From positions 517 to 64,516 of the forward strand of contig PGYD01000001.1 in assembly GCA_002839495.1 (NCBI GenBank): 64,000 bases of DNA. Direction: 5' to 3'. A program made the position numbers and the translations under genes. This document shows positions 19,237-26,434 of the stretch, one piece after another. The notes below the pieces were generated by a model. The model searched no databases, was not told the origin of the DNA, and was given only the letters and a program-made list of their open reading frames with translations. Position 1 is the first letter of the stretch. Every line of letters begins with the position of its first letter. The stretch comes from Planctomycetes bacterium HGW-Planctomycetes-1. GTDB lineage: Bacteria > Planctomycetota > Phycisphaerae > Sedimentisphaerales > UBA12454.

Positions 19237-19623
19237 ATGCCTCGTATAGTTGGTGTTGATATACCGAATGACAAAATAATAGCAATTTCGCTGACTTATA
19301 TTCATGGTATCGGGCAGTACACAGCAAAGAAAATACTAAACGAAGTCGGAGTAAAGCCCGATGTTCGTGCGAACAAGCTAACCGAAGATGAAGTCAGTAA
19401 AATCGCGCAAATAATCGACCGTGACTATCCTGTCGAGGGCCAGCTTAGAAGGCAGGTTTCTCAGGATATTGCAAGGCTCAAGGATATAGGCTGTTATCGC
19501 GGTATGAGGCATCGTAAAGGACTGCCGGTAAGAGGGCAGCAGACGCAGAGCAACGCCCGTACGAGAAAAGGCAAGAGAAAGACAGTTGCCGGCAAGAAAG
19601 GCGTAAAAGAAATACGTTCCTAA
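19237..19623 (+). CDS. rpsM: 30S ribosomal protein S13
   Basis: 128 aa, [11 protein letters not shown]....SLTYI.GIG typical S13. Confidence 0.96.
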   Translation: MPRIVGVDIPNDKIIAISLTYIHGIGQYTAKKILNEVGVKPDVRANKLTEDEVSKIAQIIDRDYPVEGQLRRQVSQDIARLKDIGCYRGMRHRKGLPVRGQQTQSNARTRKGKRKTVAGKKGVKEIRS

Positions 19624-19644
19624 TATTTGAGGTAGTTATACTAA

Positions 19645-20016
19645 ATGGCTAAGGGAAAAATAAGAAAGAACGTTTCAAGGGCGATTGTTCATATCAGATC
19701 GACCTTTAACAACACGATGATAACCATAACCGACACCGAAGGCGATACGATATGTCGAGATTCGGCAGGTACGGTAGGTTTTAAAGGTTCGCGCAAGAGC
19801 ACGCCTTTCGCCGCTCAAAGGGCGGCGGAAAAATGTGCGAACGCGGCCAAACGTTCCGGCGTTCGTGAAGTTGAAGTGAGAGTTAAGGGCCCCGGTTCCG
19901 GTCGGGAATCGGCGATATCGGCGCTGCAGGCGGCAGGACTGAGAATATCGTCGATTGAAGATATTACGCCTATACCTCATAACGGCTGTCGTCCGCCGAA
20001 AAGAAGAAGAGTTTAA
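19645..20016 (+). CDS. rpsK: 30S ribosomal protein S11
   Basis: 123 aa, ...[17 protein letters not shown]......[17 protein letters not shown] typical S11. Confidence 0.96.
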   Translation: MAKGKIRKNVSRAIVHIRSTFNNTMITITDTEGDTICRDSAGTVGFKGSRKSTPFAAQRAAEKCANAAKRSGVREVEVRVKGPGSGRESAISALQAAGLRISSIEDITPIPHNGCRPPKRRRV

Positions 20017-20046
20017 TGCTTAATAAATTTTGGAGCAGATAGAAAT

Positions 20047-20679
20047 ATGGGTCGTAATCTTGATTCATCCTGTAAGTTGTGCCGTCGCGAAGGTATGAAA
20101 CTGATGCTTAAGGGTATTCGCTGCGAAACGGGCAAATGTCCGATTGAGAAGCGTCAGAAAAATGTCGCTCCCGGTATGCACGGCTGGCGCCGCGGCAGAG
20201 GAAGCGATTACGGCGTTCGTCTCCGCGAAAAGCAGAAAGTTAAACGTTATTACGGACTCGGCGAAACGCAGTTTATGCGGTATGTCGAAAAAGCTGAACA
20301 TACTATAGGCAATACCGGAGAGATTTTGCTCGGTCTGCTCGAAAGACGGCTCGATAACGTTGTTTATAAGTTGAATTTTGCGGCTTCGAGAAAATCCGCA
20401 AGACAGTTAATCGCTCACGGGCACATTCGCGTTAATGGCAGAAAAGTAGATATTGCCGATTTCTCCGTGAGTATAGGCGATAAGATAACTGTCAAGACTT
20501 CGGAAAAGAGCAAAAAAAGAATAAGAACGCAATTAGATGTGAATCCGAACTATTCCGCACAGGGCTGGCTGCAGCTCGACATTAAAGAGCCTTCGGCTAC
20601 CGTTGTTGCGATGCCTTCAAGGCAGGATATACAGCTCCCGATAGAAGAGCAGCTTGTGATAGAGTTCTGTTCAAGATAA
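20047..20679 (+). CDS. rpsD: 30S ribosomal protein S4
   Basis: 210 aa, CKLCRREG.KL.LKG.RC, YG.RLREKQK...YYG, S4 domain. Confidence 0.95.
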   Translation: MGRNLDSSCKLCRREGMKLMLKGIRCETGKCPIEKRQKNVAPGMHGWRRGRGSDYGVRLREKQKVKRYYGLGETQFMRYVEKAEHTIGNTGEILLGLLERRLDNVVYKLNFAASRKSARQLIAHGHIRVNGRKVDIADFSVSIGDKITVKTSEKSKKRIRTQLDVNPNYSAQGWLQLDIKEPSATVVAMPSRQDIQLPIEEQLVIEFCSR

Positions 20680-20794
20680 TTTTTGTTTCGATAAAACTGA
20701 ATATAACCGGGCAGGTTACAGATAGCGTTTTTTCAAGCACAGGCCCCTGTCAAGAACGCTGAGAACATCTGCCAATTTTAATGGAGGCCGAAAA

Positions 20795-21796
20795 ATGAGA
20801 ATAACCTGGAGAGGAATGGAACTTCCGACACGCGTTGAAATGGACAAACATATTTCAACGAGCAATTACGGATTTTTCCGCATTGAGCCTTTTGAGCACG
20901 GATTCGGCACAACGATAGGCAACAGCCTCAGACGCGTACTGCTGTCTTCGCTCGAAGGAGCGGCGGTAACCAGTATAAAAATCGCAGGTGCCGACCATGA
21001 GTTCGCTTCGCTGCGGGGCGTTAAGGAAGATGTAACGGAAATCGTCCTTAATATTAAAAATATTATTATCAATAAGACCAGCTCCGAGCCGAAGGCTGTA
21101 AAATTGACGGCTGATAAAGCCGGCGTTGTAACTGCCGGGCAGATTCAATGCGACCCGACTGTCGAGATAATTAACAAGAACCACGTAATCGCAACGCTGA
21201 CCGAGAATGTAAAATTCTCGATGGAAATGACGATAGAAACCGGCCGCGGTTATTCGCCCGCTTCCGAGAGACTTGCTGGAATGGACAGGTTTGAACAGGA
21301 AGCTGGCAGAGTCGAAGTCGATGCGGTTTATTCGCCCATCGTCAGGGTGCGATATAAAACCGAAGATACCCGCGTGGGACAAAAGACCAATTACGACCGG
21401 CTGATTCTTGAAATATGGACTGACGGCTCGGTTATGCCTGAGATGGCTCTCGTGGAAGCGGGCAAAATACTTCGCAAGCACATAAATCCGTTTGTACAGT
21501 ATTTTGAGATCGGAACCGAAACGGTAGAAGAAGCACAGAGCAGTGAAATAGAAGAAGAAAAGAAAATCGATGGCCAGCTTACTGAAAAGCTGAATATGCC
21601 TATACAGGAACTTGACCTGAGCGTTCGTGCGAGCAACTGTCTTGAGTCAAGTCATATAGAAACGGTAGGACAGCTGGTCAGAATGACGGAGGCGGAACTG
21701 CTTAAGCTTCGCAGCTTCGGCAAGACGAGCCTTCGTGAAATCGTTCGCAAACTTTCCGATATCGGATTGTCGCTCGGAATGACCGATATTGATTAA
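20795..21796 (+). CDS. rpoA: DNA-directed RNA polymerase subunit alpha
   Basis: 333 aa, ...GFGTTIGNSLRRVLLSSLEGAAVTSIKI... and C-terminal domain ...LDLSVRASNCLE...I..VGQLV..TE.ELLK.R.FGK.SL.EI. Confidence 0.96.
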   Translation: MRITWRGMELPTRVEMDKHISTSNYGFFRIEPFEHGFGTTIGNSLRRVLLSSLEGAAVTSIKIAGADHEFASLRGVKEDVTEIVLNIKNIIINKTSSEPKAVKLTADKAGVVTAGQIQCDPTVEIINKNHVIATLTENVKFSMEMTIETGRGYSPASERLAGMDRFEQEAGRVEVDAVYSPIVRVRYKTEDTRVGQKTNYDRLILEIWTDGSVMPEMALVEAGKILRKHINPFVQYFEIGTETVEEAQSSEIEEEKKIDGQLTEKLNMPIQELDLSVRASNCLESSHIETVGQLVRMTEAELLKLRSFGKTSLREIVRKLSDIGLSLGMTDID

Positions 21797-21825
21797 AATT
21801 TTTAGTTTTTGAGGTATGAACAGAT

Positions 21826-22311
21826 ATGCGTCATAGAATTGCAGGTGGACAGCTTAATAGAACAAGTGCACACAGGGTCGCGCTGCGGAGAAATCTGGCG
21901 GCGTCACTTTTTGAGCATGAAACAATAAGCACAACAATGCCGAAAGCAAAGCACGTAAAGAGCTTCGCTGAAAAGCTTATAACGCTTGCCAAGAAAGGCG
22001 ACCTGGCGTCGAGACGCCGGGCGATAGCGCTGCTCGGCAATCGTAATATTGTCGAAGAAGTTGACGGCAAAGTAGAAAAGAAGGGCACCGTTATCGGTAA
22101 ATTGTTCAGCGAAATCGGCCCAAGATACCTTGACAGAGCAGGCGGATATACGAGAATTATTAGACTGGCAAAGACCCGTTTGGGCGATAACAGTCCGCTC
22201 GTTCTTCTGCAGCTCGTAGGTCAGGAAAAACAGGCTGAAACGCCGAAAAAAGGCGGCAAGAAGAAAGCTTCCAAAAAGAAAGCGGATAAAAAACAGGAAG
22301 CCGAAGAGTAG
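21826..22311 (+). CDS. rplQ: 50S ribosomal protein L17 (Lys-rich C-terminal tail)
   Basis: MRHR..G..L.R.S.HR.AL.RNLA.SL..HE.I.TT..KAK typical L17. Confidence 0.95.
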   Translation: MRHRIAGGQLNRTSAHRVALRRNLAASLFEHETISTTMPKAKHVKSFAEKLITLAKKGDLASRRRAIALLGNRNIVEEVDGKVEKKGTVIGKLFSEIGPRYLDRAGGYTRIIRLAKTRLGDNSPLVLLQLVGQEKQAETPKKGGKKKASKKKADKKQEAEE

Positions 22312-22346
22312 AAAAACAAATTAAATCGGATTCAGGAGGCTGATAA

Positions 22347-22760
22347 TTGGCTGATAACTGTATATTCTGCAAAATCGCTTCCGGCCAAATACCTTCTGCC
22401 AAGATTTACGAGGATGAAAAGGTCTTTGCGTTTCTCGATATCGCCCCTGTCAGCGACGGTCATACCCTCGTAATACCGAAACAGCATTATACGAAAGTAC
22501 ACGAATGTCCGCCAGATGTTCTGACGGCTGTCGTATCAGTTTTGCCGAAGATTGCCGGAGCGGTTTTTGCCGCTTTAGGCGCGGACGGATATAATGTTTT
22601 GTGCAATAACGGCATAGCGGCAGGACAGCTTGTCGAGCATCTGCATTTTCATATAATACCGAGAAAAACCGGCGATGGCGTTTTTAGCCATTGGCCGTCG
22701 TTTAAATATCCGCAGGGCAAGGCCGAAGCACTTGCCGAGAAAATTCGTGCCAAACTATAA
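22347..22760 (+). CDS. HIT-family nucleotide hydrolase/transferase (TTG start)
   Basis: 137 aa, CIFCKI and histidine-triad HLHFHIIP. AGGAGG 8 nt upstream of the TTG. Confidence 0.9.
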   Translation: MADNCIFCKIASGQIPSAKIYEDEKVFAFLDIAPVSDGHTLVIPKQHYTKVHECPPDVLTAVVSVLPKIAGAVFAALGADGYNVLCNNGIAAGQLVEHLHFHIIPRKTGDGVFSHWPSFKYPQGKAEALAEKIRAKL

Positions 22761-22789
22761 TTGATTTATCTTTTAAAGTCTGGTAAGTT
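22761..22789 (+). promoter_or_regulatory. Candidate sigma70-type promoter for the tRNA (TTGATT-17-TAAGTT)
   Basis: Hexamers read directly. The -10 ends ~17 nt before the mature tRNA 5' end. Promoter consensus for this organism is unknown. Confidence 0.3.
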
Positions 22790-22806
22790 TATAAGTTGAG
22801 ATTGAT

Positions 22807-22880
<74 letters not shown>

Positions 22881-22891
22881 TTGACATAAGT

Positions 22892-22925
22892 AAGGCAGTT
22901 GTAATGGGTTAATTACAACTGCCTT
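22892..22925 (+). terminator. Strong hairpin after the tRNA
   Basis: Perfect 14-bp stem AAGGCAGTTGTAAT / ATTACAACTGCCTT with 6-nt loop. Only a weak T tract follows (CGGTTGTTT). Confidence 0.5.
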
Positions 22926-23157
22926 CGGTTGTTTAGAGGGTGCGGGCTGTTAAATTGTAAAGGATGTGGACAAAAGTGCGGAAGCACAAAACGGCATACG
23001 ATTGCGGCTGGCATCGGTAAAATTGCGTGTTGCGGTATTATTTTGACGGTTATTTGTATTGAAGGACAAAACACAAAAAATGAGTAATGATACTTGACAT
23101 TACCGTTTCCCATACCGAAACCTATGGGAAGATATTGTTGAGGTGGGGTCTAACGGG

Positions 23158-23955
23158 ATGAATCTAATAGCGATTGACATAGGCAATACGAATATAACGG
23201 CGGGGCTGTTTTTGGACGATACTCAGGCCGGTATGGGGAAAACCGGCGGAGATAATCTGCAGGCCCTCGCCGAGGTTTTGAAAAACTACTGGGACAGGAT
23301 TCCGGCTTCCAAAGCAAGCAAGGATAAGATTATACGCGACGGCGTAATTGTTGCCGCGAGCACAAATCCGAAATGGACCGATATGGTCAAAAAAATCGTG
23401 CAGGAACAGTTGGGCGAAAAGGTTCTTGAGGTTGGGAGCGGCAAAGATGTTCCTCTGCCGATGGGGCTTGATGTCGATGAGCCGAGGCAGGTCGGAGTTG
23501 ACAGAATTTTGGCCGCTTTCGCGGCGTACAGCGTTGTAGAGGATGCGGTTATTGTCGCGGATTTCGGAACAGCGGTAACAATCGACGTTGTCGATGAAAA
23601 GGGAGTGTTCCTCGGCGGGACGATTCTGCCGGGCTTCGAAATGTCGGCGGAAGCCCTGAATAAATATACTGCTGCACTGCCGAAAATCGGCAAAATTAAA
23701 ATTCCTGAAAAGCCGTTCGGAAGAAATACGGCTGAGGCGATAAACAACGGACTTTATTATTCTGCCATTGGCGCACTTGAAACTATTACGAGGGTTTATT
23801 CGGAGCAGCTTGGCAAATGGCCGCAAACGGTTATTACCGGCGGGAATATGGAAATTATCAAAAGCGGCTGCGATTTTGCCGATTCGTTTGTGGACGGCCT
23901 TGTAGTCAAGGGAATTATGCTTGCGTATAAGAAATATGTCGGCGAAAAATCATAA
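23158..23955 (+). CDS. coaX: Type III pantothenate kinase
   Basis: MNLIAIDIGNTNITAG... (DIGNT motif), ...VADFGTA.TID... ATG 23158 preferred over the GTG at 23143 in the track. Confidence 0.9.
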   Translation: MNLIAIDIGNTNITAGLFLDDTQAGMGKTGGDNLQALAEVLKNYWDRIPASKASKDKIIRDGVIVAASTNPKWTDMVKKIVQEQLGEKVLEVGSGKDVPLPMGLDVDEPRQVGVDRILAAFAAYSVVEDAVIVADFGTAVTIDVVDEKGVFLGGTILPGFEMSAEALNKYTAALPKIGKIKIPEKPFGRNTAEAINNGLYYSAIGALETITRVYSEQLGKWPQTVITGGNMEIIKSGCDFADSFVDGLVVKGIMLAYKKYVGEKS

Positions 23956-25084
23956 CTGCGTTGCGGCGCTGATGACGGCAAAAGGTGCTGCGGCGATATC
24001 GAGCATTCAGCTTGCCGGGGCCGGCGCAGAGGATATTTTAAAGAAAATTTTCAAAGGCAAGCATTTTGATTTTGCGACGGGTTCGGTTCTGTATGGGAAT
24101 ATAGTTGACGGCGAAAAGGTTGTCGATGAGGTTGTAATCGGCTGTGAAGCGGAGGATTTTTTCAGTATAAACTGTCACGGCAATCCGATTATTGTCGAGA
24201 ATATTTTAGAACTGCTGAAAAAGCACAATGCGAGGGTTACGGAAGCGAGAGAAATTTTGGCGTATATGGGCGAGCAGAAATACAGCGATAATACGATAGC
24301 GGTTGAGGCGCAAATCGCTCAATCGCGGTCGGCGACGATTTACGGAGCAAAGATAATACAGCATCAGACCAAAATGGGGCTTTTGCAGGCGGCCAACTGG
24401 TGGCTCGAAAATTTAGACACGCTCGAACTTGACGATATTAAAGAGGGAGCAAATCAGGTTTTGAGCGACAGTAAAATAGCGGATTTATTTATCAGGAATG
24501 TAAAGATTGTCATTGCCGGGCCGCCCAACAGCGGCAAGAGTACATTATTTAACAGGCTCTGCGGCAAAGAAAAAGCAATCGTAACAGACATTGCCGGTAC
24601 GACACGCGACTGGCTCAGCGCAAAGGTCAGATTAAAAAGAATTATGGCGGAGTTTTTTGACACTGCAGGACTTGACCATGTTCTGAGCGGACAAAACACA
24701 ATCGATGCCGCCTCGCAAGGACAGGTGATTGAACTGATTAAAAATTGCGATTTGGTTTTGTTTGTTGCGGATTCAGACTCCCTGCGCTGCCGCTTGGGCT
24801 CTGTTGTGCCGTCAAACAAACTTGTTGTTTTTAATAAATGCGACCTGACAAGGGATTTGCCGACTGACGGGTTGTGTATCAGCGCAAAGACAGGCGAGGG
24901 GTTCGGCAAACTTATAACGGCTGTCGAGAAAACTTTGGGGGTTTCGTATTTCGATATGAAAAAGACGGTATGTTTTACGGCCAGGCAGAAGGGAATATTA
25001 AAACAGGCCACCGGTGCCGGGACAAAACAGCAGATTAAAGAACTGATTACGGAGTTGTTAAAAGGCTCGATTATTACACCTTAA
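23936..25084 (+). CDS. MnmE(TrmE)-like GTPase, shortened C-terminus
   Basis: N-terminal domain aligns to the MnmE N-domain (NCVAALMTAKGAAAISSIQLAG; INCHGNP). G-domain motifs GPPNSGKST, TDIAGTTRD, DTAGL, NKCD. Ends ...LLKGSIITP with no C-terminal CIGK-type motif. Confidence 0.8.
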   Translation: MSAKNHNCVAALMTAKGAAAISSIQLAGAGAEDILKKIFKGKHFDFATGSVLYGNIVDGEKVVDEVVIGCEAEDFFSINCHGNPIIVENILELLKKHNARVTEAREILAYMGEQKYSDNTIAVEAQIAQSRSATIYGAKIIQHQTKMGLLQAANWWLENLDTLELDDIKEGANQVLSDSKIADLFIRNVKIVIAGPPNSGKSTLFNRLCGKEKAIVTDIAGTTRDWLSAKVRLKRIMAEFFDTAGLDHVLSGQNTIDAASQGQVIELIKNCDLVLFVADSDSLRCRLGSVVPSNKLVVFNKCDLTRDLPTDGLCISAKTGEGFGKLITAVEKTLGVSYFDMKKTVCFTARQKGILKQATGAGTKQQIKELITELLKGSIITP

Positions 25085-25125
25085 CATGTTGTTTTATAAT
25101 AACTTATAAAAATTTATAATTTAAC

Positions 25126-25153
25126 TTGACAATTTTAGATTATTGGCTAAATT
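25126..25153 (+). promoter_or_regulatory. Candidate promoter TTGACA-16-TAAATT upstream of the orphan ATPase
   Basis: Consensus -35 at 25126-25131 and AT-rich -10 at 25148-25153, in an AT-rich spacer. Confidence 0.3.
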
Positions 25154-25174
25154 TAGACTTGTAACTAAATTTAG
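25147..25174. promoter_or_regulatory. Two copies of the perfect 10-bp palindrome CTAAATTTAG, 18 bp centre to centre (candidate operator pair)
   Basis: CTAAATTTAG at 25147-25156 and 25165-25174. The first overlaps the candidate -10. The pair lies 25 nt before the ATPase ATG. Confidence 0.4.
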
Positions 25175-25198
25175 TCCATAGGGTAATAGGAGCTAAAT

Positions 25199-26428
25199 AT
25201 GGAGAAACCATTATTTACAAATCCATTCAGACCGGGAGCAGGGCATATGCCGCCGCATTTGGCAGGCAGAATTAAGGAAACACAGGAATTTCAAAGGCTT
25301 CTTGAGCAAACTGTTGTGATAAAAAATCTTGTGTTAACTGGTTTGCGCGGAGTTGGGAAAACAGTTTTGTTAGATACTTTCAAACCAATAGCGGTGAAGG
25401 CCGGATGGCTCTGGGCCGGCACAGATTTATCCGAATCGACAAGTATTAGCGAAGAAACGGTGGCTTTGCGTTTGATTACAGACCTGTCGGTAGTTACATC
25501 AAACATTGTATTTGACAGACAAATAGTTCGTACCTTTGGATTCAAGAGAGATGAAACTCTTATTGATACAACTCTTAATTACGAGATTTTGGTAAACCTT
25601 TTTAAGGATATTCCGGGTCTTATCTCTGATAAGCTGAAAGGTGTTCTTGAATTTGTATGGGATTGTCTAAAGCATCAAAATATCAGAGGGCTGATATTTG
25701 CTTACGACGAAGCGCAAACAATGGCCGACCACACAGAAAAAGAGCAATATCCTCTTTCGCTTTTGCTGGATGTGTTCCAGTCGTTACAGAAAAAAGAAAT
25801 TCCTTTTATGCTGGTGATGGTCGGATTGCCGACATTATTTCCAAAATTGGTTGAAGCACGGACATTTTCAGAAAGAATGTTTAGAGTAGTTTTTCTCGAT
25901 AGATTGAATGAACAGGACAGCAGAGACGCTATTGTCAAGCCTATCCAAGACGAGAACTGTACCGTGAAACTTTTGGAAGAATCAATCAAGCTTATAATAG
26001 ACATATCAGGGGGTTATCCATATTTTATACAATTTATCTGCAAGGAAGTTTATGATATTTTTGTACAGCAGCATACAGGCGGGCAGAATTTAAGAGCACC
26101 TCTTGATGAAATAACACGAAAGCTTGATAATGATTTTTTTGCCGGCAGATGGGCAAGGGCAACCGATAGACAACGTGATTTACTTACGATAATTGCCGGA
26201 TTGCCTAATGCAGATGATGAATTTACAGTGCAGGATGTGGTCGAAGAGGCTAAAAAATCAGAAAAACCATTTAGTGCAAGTCATGTTAGTCAAATGTTGG
26301 TATCATTGACAAATTCGGGTCTTGTTTATAAGAACAGGTACGGCAAGTATTCTTTCGCCGTGCCCTTACTTGTACAATATATATTAAGACAATCTAAAGA
26401 AAAAACTCAACAACAAAAATTATTCTGA
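25199..26428 (+). CDS. Orphan AAA/ORC-Cdc6-like (archaeal-ATPase-type) P-loop ATPase, probable C-terminal winged helix
   Basis: 409 aa. N-terminal NPFRPGAGHMPPHLAGR, Walker A GLRGVGKT, Walker B-like LIFAYDEAQ. Visibly more AT-rich than its neighbours. Confidence 0.8.
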   Translation: MEKPLFTNPFRPGAGHMPPHLAGRIKETQEFQRLLEQTVVIKNLVLTGLRGVGKTVLLDTFKPIAVKAGWLWAGTDLSESTSISEETVALRLITDLSVVTSNIVFDRQIVRTFGFKRDETLIDTTLNYEILVNLFKDIPGLISDKLKGVLEFVWDCLKHQNIRGLIFAYDEAQTMADHTEKEQYPLSLLLDVFQSLQKKEIPFMLVMVGLPTLFPKLVEARTFSERMFRVVFLDRLNEQDSRDAIVKPIQDENCTVKLLEESIKLIIDISGGYPYFIQFICKEVYDIFVQQHTGGQNLRAPLDEITRKLDNDFFAGRWARATDRQRDLLTIIAGLPNADDEFTVQDVVEEAKKSEKPFSASHVSQMLVSLTNSGLVYKNRYGKYSFAVPLLVQYILRQSKEKTQQQKLF

Positions 26429-26434
26429 TAAAGT

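Noticed and set aside
22939-23057. GGTGCGGG (22939-22946), further TGCGG-containing motifs (22977, 23003, 23031) and TATTTGTATTG (23051-23061) in the tRNA-coaX spacer. Possibly a broken copy of the CCCGCACC/GGTGCGGG cassette or a binding-site array.
   Set aside because: The arms are in the wrong relative order to form the hairpin. The TGCGG spacings (36, 26, 28 nt) are irregular and the matches are short. At most it is a decayed remnant, so it is not called as a feature.
22913-23113. 66-aa minus-strand ORF in the tRNA-coaX spacer
   Set aside because: No SD and a Pro/His/Phe-rich, low-complexity translation. It overlaps the tRNA terminator hairpin. Not convincing as a gene.
25104-25119. AT-only palindrome TTATAAA-AA-TTTATAA upstream of the orphan ATPase promoter candidate
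   Set aside because: It is pure A/T sequence in an AT-rich spacer, so its chance expectation is high. It is less convincing than the duplicated CTAAATTTAG palindromes.
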